Assembly: GCA_963715865.1 (NCBI GenBank)
Contig: OY970280.1
Span: 928,001-992,000, forward strand
From: Candidatus Bathyarchaeota archaeon
Lineage (GTDB): Archaea; Thermoproteota; Bathyarchaeia; Bathyarchaeales; Bathycorpusculaceae
Reading direction: 5' to 3'
DNA length: 64,000 bases
Under the pieces are notes generated by a model. The model did no database searches. It was not told where the DNA came from and worked only from the letters and a program-made list of their open reading frames with translations. Shown in pieces: positions 47,505 to 57,055 of the stretch; the first letter of the stretch is position 1, and each line of letters opens with the position of its first letter. The position numbers and the translations under genes are program-made.

Positions 47505-47981
47505 TTAAGTTAGGCTTATGTTGAGGGAGCATGACAAATAACTTAACAGTATCCTTACCACAAAAGACTTAACAGTATCTGTTGCAGTAGCCCCTGAACC
47601 GCCACCTATTGTGTCGCTTAGAATAATTTTCGGGTCGTCCGTTGTTGAAGTGAAACCATGTCCAATTTCGATTGCACCGCCGCCGCTGCCGGAAATTGGA
47701 TCAGATGCGGTCATTAACGCGCCATATGTTTCGATGTCTTTTTGTACCCATAAGCCAAAATCAGTTGCCAGAAAAGGAATGAAATTAGAACCTCCCATGC
47801 CTTGCATCATAATAAGATACAGTTTCTGCGTATTGCCATCAATATAACTATAACCTGGATCTGGGTTTCCAGTTGTAGTGAACGTTACACCTGGTCCAGC
47901 CAATGATGGCATTACTGGTTTATAGTTTCTCCATGAAGGTGTGATAACGTTCCATGCGTTACCTTGCGTAGAGAGACTCAT
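47505..47981 (-). pseudogene. Probable truncated virion-associated protein fragment
   Basis: G/T-rich beta-type ORF downstream of the terminase; its C-terminus runs into the inverted repeat. Confidence 0.35.
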
Positions 47982-48142
47982 AATTTCACCCCCTGACCTT
48001 CCTTTATTGCTTTATAGCTTTGGATTGGAGTTTTAGGTGCAGCCCCAAACGTCACATTGGCTTGTTCGATGGCTTCACCGTTTTGTTGGAACCCAGCTAA
48101 TGCATGGTTCCATTTTTCTGGTTTTATTGATTTTTCTAACAT
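47978..48142 (-). CDS. Small hypothetical protein (54 aa, not in ORF track)
   Basis: MLEKSIKPEKWNHALAGFQQNGEAIEQ...; stop overlaps the next ATG. Confidence 0.4.
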   Translation of the reverse strand: MLEKSIKPEKWNHALAGFQQNGEAIEQANVTFGAAPKTPIQSYKAIKEGQGVKL

Positions 48143-48293
48143 TTTAAATCACTTTGATATCTTGAGGCAAAAAAATTAAGGAAGACGAAATATTTCAGAA
48201 ATACAAGCTAACTTTTTCAGGGGGATGACTGCACCAATTTTCACTACATTTTCTTTTCAATGAAAAGACACTTGCAGTCAGTCAACACTACTT

Positions 48294-49685
48294 TTAATGT
48301 TGAAGCATAACGGCGCCCTTGCCTGGAGGAGATGCCCGCATGGTTACGGCGGCTGCCAGAGCTAAAGCCCATAACATGTCATCATGGCAATGTTGTGGAT
48401 GGCTGAACTGTAAGTGCCCGCTTTTGCCGTACTCGTACTGTTGCTCATTGATCTGCTGGCATAGTAACCTATGGTACGGAATGGCTAAGCGGTTCTGTTC
48501 CATAGCAATTTTCAGCCCTGTAAGCAGCTCCTCTTTTGATTGCATAGTAAACGTAATGCCGTCGACACTTCTCAAACCCTGGTTGTGAATCTCCTCAAGT
48601 ACAGGTTCACCCACGCCAGTCTGATCCACAAGCACGCCTCGGAACTGAAACTTCTGGTTAGCCCTCACAAGGTGACCAATAACCTGCGCGTATGGTGTTT
48701 CAAGCGGAAACTGATACATATAAACAAGCTTAAGCCTGTCGCCATCACGTTGCAAAACAACTACAACGCTGAAGTCTTGGAGCTTTCCGAAATCAACTCC
48801 GCCATAGTAATCTCCGCTTGGAAAAGAAGCCTCAAGACTGCTGTAAAGCTCAACGCCAAGCTTTTGGGCAAGCTCGACCGACGTGCGAATCAATGCTTGT
48901 GAAAAATAGCTGTTTAAGGCTTCAACAAACTCGGCTTCGTACTCCATTAGATATTCTTCATGGGTCATGTTTTCGCGGTTTTCATCCAAAATATGCTCCG
49001 TAACTAGCGGGCACTCACTTGACTTGACACGGTGCACACTATAGGCTGGATTGACGAATGCTCGATAGAAAAAGTGGTTTTTATCCCAAGGCGTGCTTAA
49101 TAGAATTGCGTAGCCATCGGTTGTGCTTAGCATCGGGAAAAGGATTTGCGTGATAACCTTTTCAGGAATCCAAGAGGCTTCATCCAAAATAATCATGTTT
49201 GCAGTGTAGCCGCGTAGCATGTGCTCTGAGCAGGGTAAGGCAATTATTTTGCTTCTGTTGTCAAACTGAATAAGCGTTCCCGTTGCCCTAACAATTCTAC
49301 TGCGGAGATATACACTATAGAACACAAATGACATTATGCGGTCAAACATAATCATTGACTGCCTAAGCGAAGGACTGGTAATTAAAACTGTAACACCCTT
49401 GTTTGCTTGGGCAAAGTAGATGGCTTTCAACGCTATGATTGTCGTCTTGCCAGTTTGACGCCCCATGCAAGCGACGATTCGCTTACTCGGATCTTCCAAC
49501 AGCACCGCCTGATATGGAAAAGGCTTCACATCCAAAATTTTCTCAGCAAAATCAACAGGCCCCTTGACTTCAAGAGTTTCCTGAAGCTGCAACTGCTTGA
49601 TTGCTTTATCGATTTGCGGAAGCCTTCTTAGCGCCCTACGCTGCCTGTAACTTCGCCATAGCAACGGTAACCGTATGCGCGTCAA
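48294..49685 (-). CDS. Terminase large subunit
   Basis: Walker A GRQTGKT, Walker B IILDEA, STPWD; RNase H-like nuclease GVDFG..QD, DQTGVG, HDDMLWALALA. Confidence 0.9.
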   Translation of the reverse strand: MTRIRLPLLWRSYRQRRALRRLPQIDKAIKQLQLQETLEVKGPVDFAEKILDVKPFPYQAVLLEDPSKRIVACMGRQTGKTTIIALKAIYFAQANKGVTVLITSPSLRQSMIMFDRIMSFVFYSVYLRSRIVRATGTLIQFDNRSKIIALPCSEHMLRGYTANMIILDEASWIPEKVITQILFPMLSTTDGYAILLSTPWDKNHFFYRAFVNPAYSVHRVKSSECPLVTEHILDENRENMTHEEYLMEYEAEFVEALNSYFSQALIRTSVELAQKLGVELYSSLEASFPSGDYYGGVDFGKLQDFSVVVVLQRDGDRLKLVYMYQFPLETPYAQVIGHLVRANQKFQFRGVLVDQTGVGEPVLEEIHNQGLRSVDGITFTMQSKEELLTGLKIAMEQNRLAIPYHRLLCQQINEQQYEYGKSGHLQFSHPQHCHDDMLWALALAAAVTMRASPPGKGAVMLQH

Positions 49686-49731
49686 TTTTCTCCCTTCGAG
49701 TTAGTCTTGTCTTTGCAAAGGGCGTCCGTGT

Positions 49732-50253
49732 CTACATCTTCTCTTTCAAACTAAGAAGCTGCTCTTCCCAAAGCTTGCGCTCTTGATCTGTTTGCGCTTT
49801 TGCAACCTTGTCTTCCAACTGGGCAAGCACAACCCTGTTCAACTCTTCAACATGCCGTTCAACCTTCGCAAGCTTCTCAATATAATCCGTCTGCAGTATG
49901 ATGTAGCTTTTCAATGCAGGTATGATCAAGCGTATTCGCTTAATATCTAGCCCAGTTAAACCCTTCTCATTTAATCGCTGAATGCATCCCAGCGTCATCT
50001 TTGCAGCTTCTTCCACACTGATCAATTGCTCAGCCGGTTTGATGGGTTCAAGCGTTGTAGTTGTTGATGATGAAGATGATGAACAATTGTTTTCCTTTTC
50101 AGAAATTACAAGACCTAGTCGATATAACTTGAGCCTGATACCCTCAGGGCTACGATGGAAATGTTCAGCCATCTCTTCGACGCTTTGACCCTGCCCACAC
50201 ATTTCACTTATAGCTTTAACTTCGTCTTCTGTCCAAAGTTTTTCAAGAACCAT
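49732..50253 (-). CDS. HTH plus coiled-coil protein; candidate terminase small subunit
   Basis: LWTEDEV...SVEEMAEHFHRSPEGIRLKLYRLGL HTH; immediately upstream of TerL. Confidence 0.55.
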   Translation of the reverse strand: MVLEKLWTEDEVKAISEMCGQGQSVEEMAEHFHRSPEGIRLKLYRLGLVISEKENNCSSSSSSTTTTLEPIKPAEQLISVEEAAKMTLGCIQRLNEKGLTGLDIKRIRLIIPALKSYIILQTDYIEKLAKVERHVEELNRVVLAQLEDKVAKAQTDQERKLWEEQLLSLKEKM

Positions 50254-50716
50254 TCTTACTCTTCCCTTCTGAAAATTTCTCTTCCAAGCAAATTAATCAG
50301 ACTTTCTTCTAAATGCCTGCAATAGCGTAATGGAAAAACCACGATTCTTTCTCGTAAAAAAGCTGTCCATTATCATCTAAACGCCACTCAGAGGCGGCGA
50401 AATGAAATCAAGTGACACCTGCTTCAAAGAATGCATCGGCATGTGTTACGTTGAATCATACATGTTTAAAATTATATTTAGGGCTTGCGAACATCAACCA
50501 CTCAATCGTTTTGCAAACACATTATGCCGTTATACACCATTATGCCCAAATTCACGTGATTCACCCTTGGATCATGTATGCGCTATCTCAAAATACCAAT
50601 CAATAATTAAAACCAATATACAGAACTGATTTAAGATAAAAAATAGCTAATTAACCACGAGTGCTTAAATAAATTAACAAAGCAGCACTTCATTAACCGT
50701 TAAAGGAAAAAATGGC

Positions 50717-51316
50717 ATGGATACAAACCAGAAAAATGCTGATGTTGAACACTTTAACCGCAGGGCAGCAACTTACGAGACTGCTAGTAGTCAGGGGTAT
50801 TTCTTTGATAGAGTACAACGACGAGTTCTTAAATTAACCAGACAAAATAATCCTAACGTCATTTTAGATGTGGGTTGTGGAACGGGACGATTGCTTAGGA
50901 AGGCTAAGCAACAGTGGCCCAATGCCCAGTTGGTTGGTGTTGACGTAGCCGAGAAAATGATACAGCAGGCAACTCAGCTTTTTCCAGAAGCAGAATTTCA
51001 TGTCGCCATGGCTGAAGCTTTGCCTCTCCCTGATACTTCAGTTGACCTTGCCTTTAGCACTCTTTCATTTCATCATTGGGCAAATCAAGCGAAGGGTATT
51101 AGCGAAGTCGCTCGAGTTTTGCGTCCGCAAGGAAGCTTTTTGCTGGCTGACATTACGATTCCAGCTTGGATGCACATTTTCGTCAAGCATTTCAGGCATA
51201 ACAACCCAGCCAAAATACGTGAAATGTTTACATCTGCAGGGTTAACTGTTGAGTTACAACAAAGGCCATGGCGTTGGTCAAGAGTTCTTCTCATAACTAT
51301 TGGAAGGAAGCATTAA
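50717..51316 (+). CDS. Class I SAM-dependent methyltransferase
   Basis: ILDVGCGTG, VGVDVAE, VDLAFSTLSFHHW. Confidence 0.92.
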   Translation: MDTNQKNADVEHFNRRAATYETASSQGYFFDRVQRRVLKLTRQNNPNVILDVGCGTGRLLRKAKQQWPNAQLVGVDVAEKMIQQATQLFPEAEFHVAMAEALPLPDTSVDLAFSTLSFHHWANQAKGISEVARVLRPQGSFLLADITIPAWMHIFVKHFRHNNPAKIREMFTSAGLTVELQQRPWRWSRVLLITIGRKH

Positions 51317-51339
51317 CGTGAAGGGGCAGGATTAGGGGT

Positions 51340-51969
51340 ATGGCGTTTATCACTAACTTTGGCATGTTCTTGGCTTCAGTGCTTCTTATTTCGCTCTCAG
51401 GCGTACTTATGCCAGGACCTTTGTTTGCGGTTACGATTCAAAAAGCGGCAAAAAGCAAAATTTCAGGCGCCTTAATCGCGGTTGGTCATGGCATAGTAGA
51501 ATTTCCACTCATGTTTCTGATTTTCTTTTTGTTAAGCCAGTTTGCGATGCCGAGCTCTGTACAGATTGCTGTTGGGTTGATTGGAGGTTTCTTGATGATT
51601 CTGATGGGCGTACGAACATTCAGAAATAGGAATAAAACTGACGAATCAAAGGTAAATTTGAAAAGAGACTCATTGCTTGCAGGTGTTTACACCACAGCAG
51701 TTAATGCAGGGTTTATTTTGTGGTGGTTAACCATTGGCACAACACTGATACTCAACGCTCAACTGTTTGGACTTGTTGGCTTTTCAGTCTTTGCGAGTGT
51801 CCATTGGCTCTGCGATTTCTCATGGTACACGGTGGCCGCATTGGTGATTTTTAAGTCGCAGCAGTTCTGGAATGAGCGCACAAAAATGGGAATTATGTTT
51901 TTTTGCGTGGCAGTTTTCATCGGTTTCGGAGCATACTTTATGGGTTCAGCCTTATGGTCAATGATTTAG
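51340..51969 (+). CDS. LysE-family translocator
   Basis: SGVLMPGPL...GHGIVE...NAGFILWW. Confidence 0.88.
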   Translation: MAFITNFGMFLASVLLISLSGVLMPGPLFAVTIQKAAKSKISGALIAVGHGIVEFPLMFLIFFLLSQFAMPSSVQIAVGLIGGFLMILMGVRTFRNRNKTDESKVNLKRDSLLAGVYTTAVNAGFILWWLTIGTTLILNAQLFGLVGFSVFASVHWLCDFSWYTVAALVIFKSQQFWNERTKMGIMFFCVAVFIGFGAYFMGSALWSMI

Positions 51970-52005
51970 TACAGTTATATAGCAACAAAGAGTAAAATAG
52001 TATTC

Positions 52006-52560
52006 ATGGAATTTCAAGTTGGAAAAGCAATCCTGCAGCTAATTAAGGGAGACATAACAGATGTCGAAACAGACGTCATTGTGAACGCGGCAAATTCATC
52101 GCTTATGGGCGGCGGCGGAGTTGATGGTGCAATACATCGTAAAGGCGGGTCCAAAATTCTTGAAGAATGCAAACGCATAAGGGCTACAGAGTGGCCTGAT
52201 GGTCTTCCAACAGGAAAAGCGGTCATTACCTCAGGCGGCAACTTAAAGGCTAAACATGTTATTCACACGATTGGGCCTGTTTGGCTCGGCGGATTTCATG
52301 TTGAAGCGGAACTTTTGAAACAGGCGTACAAAAATTCGTTGAGGCTTGCAGTTGCTAAAGGACTTAAGACAATTGCGTTTCCATCGATTAGCACTGGAGC
52401 TTACGGTTACCCTATTGAAGATGCCAGCCGCATAGCCGTGAGAACTGTTAAAGAGTTTTTGGAAAAAGAAGATAAGCTTGAGAAGATTGTTTTTGTTTTG
52501 TTTTCTGAGCGCGACTTCGAAATTTATTTAGAAACGGCAAATTCGATTTTAGCTCGCTAA
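52006..52560 (+). CDS. Macro-domain protein (O-acetyl-ADP-ribose deacetylase, YmdB-like)
   Basis: GDIT, IVNAANSSLMGGGGVDGAIH, IAFPSISTGAYG. Confidence 0.95.
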   Translation: MEFQVGKAILQLIKGDITDVETDVIVNAANSSLMGGGGVDGAIHRKGGSKILEECKRIRATEWPDGLPTGKAVITSGGNLKAKHVIHTIGPVWLGGFHVEAELLKQAYKNSLRLAVAKGLKTIAFPSISTGAYGYPIEDASRIAVRTVKEFLEKEDKLEKIVFVLFSERDFEIYLETANSILAR

Positions 52561-52829
52561 AAGAGAGGAACTATATGGGCTTATTATCGAAGATTTACAC
52601 TAAATAAAAGTGAGTATAAAGCTTTGCCAAGCAATAGTGGAATTGAATTACTGTCTAAGCGTTACTTCTTTCAACTTCCAAAATTTTTGCTTTTAAGAAA
52701 GGATATTTCTTTTTTAGATATATCGATTTTCGGAATATATCCAAAAGTGAAATAAGTGATATATTAATAGTCACGACATAACTGTAGTCAAGAAGAACAC
52801 AACAACAATAAGGAAATTGGGATGAAAAA

Positions 52830-53207
52830 ATGAAGCAACAATTAACCGCCTTATGTAGTCCATGTTTACTTTTAGCCAATGAACCGCTCGAAACCAAATT
52901 TGAAACAGCGGTAACAGAGGCAATTGATGATAGTCTCTCGGCTTTGGGAGCTGCCAACAAGCAAACCATTTACCGCCATCTAGAAAATAGGTATGGCATA
53001 AAGAAACAGGAGATTCCCTTTAAAATTGCAGACTTTGCCAATGCGGTTGAAGAGACCTTTGGTTCAGTTGCAAAAGTGATTGAAGTAAAAATAATCGAAA
53101 AGCTTCACGCAAAAAACAAAGACTTCCATTACGTTACAAAAAAAGATGAATTAAATTTTACCGAGTTCATTTCCTGCTTCCAACGCTTTTTAGAGCCTAA
53201 AGCCTGA
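52830..53207 (+). CDS. Conserved TACK small helical protein (DUF3227/NitrOD-like)
   Basis: EAIDDSLSALG...IYRHLE..YGIKK.EIP...F..AVEETFG. Confidence 0.6.
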   Translation: MKQQLTALCSPCLLLANEPLETKFETAVTEAIDDSLSALGAANKQTIYRHLENRYGIKKQEIPFKIADFANAVEETFGSVAKVIEVKIIEKLHAKNKDFHYVTKKDELNFTEFISCFQRFLEPKA

Positions 53208-53571
53208 AAACGCTTTTTTGGCAAAAATGCTTACTGCCAAAAGGCTTAAATTACCAAGTCATGGTTGACTTAATGCTTCTCAGATTTTTATCCGATTAAG
53301 CGCAATGTCTCGCGTTAATCTCGAAACAGGCTATTAAACCCGAGTTACTGTCTAGCCACAACAACAAATCAATATAAAATCCGCAACACTATGCATAAAC
53401 ATGTAGCTGGAAGAAGCTGGGGCTTGGCGAAACCGGCTTTTTTCCCCACAGAAAGCATAACGAGAGCAAACCGCGCCCATTCGCGATTATATTTTTCGCC
53501 ATACTGGAAGAAGAAAATGAATGGTGCTTAACTTGTGCTTTCTAAGAAGCCGAGCCCAAAAAACCGAGTTT

Positions 53572-54117
53572 TTATCCGTTTGTGGTTTTTAATTGAATGA
53601 TTGAGTACACATCGTATTTATTGCCTATCGTTTTTCTGCTTTCCAAATAACCCAACTCAATTAAAAAGCCTAAGCCAACCACGTTGCCGCCTAACTTCTC
53701 AATTAATTCGATATTCGCTTTCACAGTTCCGCCAGTTGCCAGCAAATCGTCAATTAGCAAAATGTTTTGGCCCTTCTCGATAGCGTCTTCATGAATCTCG
53801 ATGGTGTCGCATTCGTACTCTTTCTTGTATGTAACGTCAACGCATTTGTAAGGTAACTTGCCTTTTTTACGTATAGGTACAAAGCCGACTCCTAATTCGT
53901 AAGCTAAAGCAGCACCAATGATGAAGCCTCTTGCTTCGTTTGAAACAACTGCATCGATTGTTTTGCCTCTGTAATGGTCGGCTAATTGTTTGATGCATTC
54001 GTGGAAGCATCGTTTGTCTTTCAAAAGTGGGGTGATATCCCAGAAAACTACTCCTTTGAACTCGGGTATTCTTCGAACTTTTGATTTAAGGTCTAATGTT
54101 TTGTTGGGTTTGTTCAT
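53572..54117 (-). CDS. apt: Adenine phosphoribosyltransferase
   Basis: IPEFKGVVFWDITPLL, EARGF, IRKKGKLP, LIDDLLATGGT. Confidence 0.95.
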   Translation of the reverse strand: MNKPNKTLDLKSKVRRIPEFKGVVFWDITPLLKDKRCFHECIKQLADHYRGKTIDAVVSNEARGFIIGAALAYELGVGFVPIRKKGKLPYKCVDVTYKKEYECDTIEIHEDAIEKGQNILLIDDLLATGGTVKANIELIEKLGGNVVGLGFLIELGYLESRKTIGNKYDVYSIIQLKTTNG

Positions 54118-54134
54118 TTTTCCGTTTTCTCCTT

Positions 54135-54926
54135 TTAAACAAATGCTCCTTTCAATGCTTCGTTACATTTGCAAGCGCATTCATTCGGCAATTTGGCAAC
54201 GGTTTCAGCGATTATGCGCTTAACATTTTCAATGTTTGTCTTCATTGTTGTAATGATATCATCTACACAGACTACATGATCCTTCCATACGTCGTAATCG
54301 GTTACGGTTGATATGGAAGCATAGCATATTTCTGCTTCTCTCGCTAAAACGCATTCAGGAACCAGCGTCATACCTACCACGTCTGCGCCCCATTGGCGGT
54401 ACATTTTTGATTCAGCTTTGCTGGAGAAGCGTGGTCCTTCTATGCAAACGTAAGTTCCTGTTTCGTGCATTTTGATGCCCCTGTTTTTTGCGACTGAGAT
54501 TATAATTTTTCTTAGTTCGGGGCACATTGGTTCAGCGACTGAAATGTGGCACACCTTGTTTTCTGTGTAGAATGACTGTTCTCGCCGTGTGGTTCGGTCG
54601 ATGAACTGGTCAACAAATACGATTTCGCCTGGATGATACTCTTCTCTTAGAGAGCCAACGGTTGAAGATGCAAGTATACGTTTGACGCCGAGCTTCTTTA
54701 AAGCAAAAATATTGGCCCTGACATTAATGTCCGTTGGTCTGATAGTGTGTTTTTTCCCGTGCCTAGGCAGAAAAGCCACGCATTTACCTGCTAACTCACC
54801 AATGGTTATGGCGTCTGAAGGCTTACCGTATGGTGTTTCCACCGTTACTTCTTGAACGTTCTTGAGTAGTTTAGGGTCGTAGAGCCCTGTTCCGCCGATT
54901 ATTCCAATTTCTGCTTGCATGTTCAT
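54135..54926 (-). CDS. mtnP: S-methyl-5'-thioadenosine phosphorylase
   Basis: IGIIGGTG, TPYG.PS, LPRHG, EGPRFSS.AE, VGMT..PE..LAREA. Confidence 0.93.
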   Translation of the reverse strand: MNMQAEIGIIGGTGLYDPKLLKNVQEVTVETPYGKPSDAITIGELAGKCVAFLPRHGKKHTIRPTDINVRANIFALKKLGVKRILASSTVGSLREEYHPGEIVFVDQFIDRTTRREQSFYTENKVCHISVAEPMCPELRKIIISVAKNRGIKMHETGTYVCIEGPRFSSKAESKMYRQWGADVVGMTLVPECVLAREAEICYASISTVTDYDVWKDHVVCVDDIITTMKTNIENVKRIIAETVAKLPNECACKCNEALKGAFV

Positions 54927-55078
54927 TTACTTCAAATGTTGAACTTATAAAAATAGCGATTACTACCTTCCGACTTTTTAGATTAAATTGTTCGAGTCTC
55001 ATTTATTATAAGTATCGTTAAGAGGTAGGGACATTTGTTCGTTCGGGTAAATGCTTTGTTCAACAATACAAAGTAAGC

Positions 55079-55280
55079 CTATGGACGTTTGTCCGTCCCT
55101 CGAAAAGTTTTGTCCAGACAATCCCTAGGGCAAAAGGAGCTTTTACCGTTGGAAATCTGAATTTGATGAGTGTGAAGCTCAAGTTGTACAGCCTAGAACT
55201 TACGGTTTCTGAAAAGGAGAAAAATCATGCTTCATCAACAACATCAACAACAAGCATCAACAGTAAAATTGAAGAAACCA
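55079..55280 (+). pseudogene. Decayed paralogue of the 49732..50253 TerS-like gene
   Basis: Same frame gives LWT...SVKLKLYSLELTVSEKEKNHASSTTSTTS versus LWT...GIRLKLYRLGLVISEKENNCSSSSSSTTTT. Confidence 0.5.
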
Positions 55281-55676
55281 CAACCTCCAAGCTGTTAAAG
55301 GAAAGAACCAATAACTCCAAAACAAAACACCTCAGCTTAATACACACAGAAATTAGTATGTTTGGTTCTTGGCTTTTTGCCTATGCGTTTGTGTGTGCGC
55401 ACAGCCTATCCTCCTAGTCTACTGGATGCTTCTAATATGCTTCAACATGGTTCAACATAGACTCAACGTCCTGCACTTTCAACATGAATTGATGCTTTTT
55501 CAACATACTGAGAAATGCAGAATGCACTGTTTACGCCTAATAAACCATCGCAGAAACGACATATCCAATCAGTGGAGGGATGAGTGAAAGTGAACTATTG
55601 CCAGAATTCTGGTTTAGTTGGTTTCGGTTGCATAAACTATTTTTATAACTTAGGTGGAATACTTTGTGAGGTTACT

Positions 55677-55931
55677 ATGACTGAAAATATTACTTTTTCA
55701 GCAATACTCTGGAAAGAAGGAAAACTGCAGATCGCTTGGTCCCCTGAACTGGATATAGCCAGTCAAGGGAAAAATGTAGAGGAAGCTATAGGTAATTTGC
55801 GGGAAGCAATCGAGCTTTACCTTGAAGATGAAGATGCCAAGATTCCAACCAGTAAATCGCCTATTCTCACAACTTTAAGCGTTAAAACTCACGCCAAAGC
55901 TCAAACCTGTCTCAGACCTTATGATTCATAA
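55677..55931 (+). CDS. hicB: HicB-family antitoxin
   Basis: AILWKEG...AWSPELDIASQGKNVEEAIGNLREAIELYLE. Confidence 0.9.
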   Translation: MTENITFSAILWKEGKLQIAWSPELDIASQGKNVEEAIGNLREAIELYLEDEDAKIPTSKSPILTTLSVKTHAKAQTCLRPYDS

Positions 55932-55938
55932 TTTCTAA
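55891..55938 (+). pseudogene. Truncated hicA-like start (ACG in place of ATG)
   Basis: ACG CCA AAG CTC AAA CCT GTC TCA = (M)PKLKPVS overlapping the hicB end; stop after 15 codons. Confidence 0.5.
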
Positions 55939-56101
55939 CGCCTGTCAAGAAAGCAGATTTAATTTTGGCGGTTCTCAAGGATTGTACGCTTGTTTGTGCG
56001 AGCACACTCTTAAAAGTTCAATCGTTTTTTGCTCGTAAATTGGTCGGTATATTATTCTACAGGCTTTGCCTTCCACAAATCTGTTGCCTGCTTAGCCCTT
56101 T

Positions 56102-56413
56102 TTAGCTTTTTGCTCTTTTCCTTTCAGTATGCAACGCATTGAGAAGGTCAGACGCATTGTCATAAACTTTTGTAGTCTGCGTGGCGAATTCTTTTTCGCT
56201 TTCTTCGATTTCCATTTTTTCAGATGCTGATAAAGGCGGACTCTTGACCCTAGATTTTTTTGGAAGAATTTGTTTCAAAACCAAAACTTCGTTGTCCTGT
56301 TTCAGTTCAAACTCGGTGCCGTTTTTCAATCCAAGTTTCTTTATCGTTTCTAACGGAATCTGAACCTTGCCATTTTCATCCATTTTAGCCTTTGCCATCA
56401 GCTTCACAGACAA
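56102..56413 (-). CDS. Orphan AbrB/MazE/SpoVT antitoxin-like protein
   Basis: AKMDENGKVQIPLETIKKLGLKNG; no toxin ORF downstream. Confidence 0.8.
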   Translation of the reverse strand: MSVKLMAKAKMDENGKVQIPLETIKKLGLKNGTEFELKQDNEVLVLKQILPKKSRVKSPPLSASEKMEIEESEKEFATQTTKVYDNASDLLNALHTERKRAKS

Positions 56414-56749
56414 AATACATACTCCTCTTAGTAAAATAAACCTTTTCTGAAAAAAGTGAACAGTCTAATCTTAATCGGTAAGGCTCTTCCTAATTTGGTG
56501 CAGAACTCCTTAAGGGTTGACTGAAAGTTGAAAAAATTGTAATACTTTTATAAATTGACGAAAAACATCAGTTTGCGATTGTTTGTTTAAGTAGAAAACA
56601 AGAGCAGAGGCACACAAGAGATTGAGTGGAACAAATACGCTGTCTCAGAAGAAACAACATCTGTTCATCCCTCTTGTGCCAAATAAAATAGCAAAGTTGC
56701 TTCATATAAATTGCTTGCTATGAAGCGAAAAAGTCATTCTCATATTTTT

Positions 56750-56768
56750 GGGATTAAATTTTAATCCC
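56750..56768. repeat. 19-bp palindrome GGGATTAAA-T-TTTAATCCC; 16-bp copy at 58064-58079
   Basis: Read directly. Confidence 0.85.
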
Positions 56769-56816
56769 CAAACCCCAAACGACGAAAAATATTTTTTCCT
56801 GATTTTTCTAAATTTC

Positions 56817-56978
56817 ACCGCGAAGCTTAACAGCTATTTTGAAACAGTGGTTGAGATTCCTCGGATAAAAGTTGGGCAAAGACAGACAATTGAGACCTTA
56901 ATCAACGAAGAAGTCTTGTTGTTTGCCAAGTATTTGAGGAATGAAAAGAAAGACTGGACACCAAGAATAGTCAATTGA
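56817..56978 (+). pseudogene. Casposase-like Cas1 C-terminal remnant
   Basis: LNSYFETVVEIPRIKVGQRQTIETLINEEVLLFAKYLRNEKKDWTPRI matches, from recall, the C-terminus of solo Cas1 in TACK archaea. Confidence 0.7.
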
Positions 56979-57055
56979 GCACAATGCGATAAGTCGAGTT
57001 AGTCAAGAAACCTTGACTTAGATTAGTCAAGAGACTTTTACGAGAAGTCTTTTAT

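Larger units (their letters stand above)
45497..47580. mobile_element. Cassette bounded by a 24-bp inverted repeat (23/24 identical)
   Basis: AGATACTGTTAAGTCATTTGTGGT at 45497-45520 versus the reverse complement of 47557-47580, AGATACTGTTAAGTCTTTTGTGGT; AT-rich interior. Confidence 0.6.

Noticed and set aside
55441-55510. TCAACAT repeated four times
   Set aside because: Irregular spacing in degraded sequence; no structure or function can be supported.
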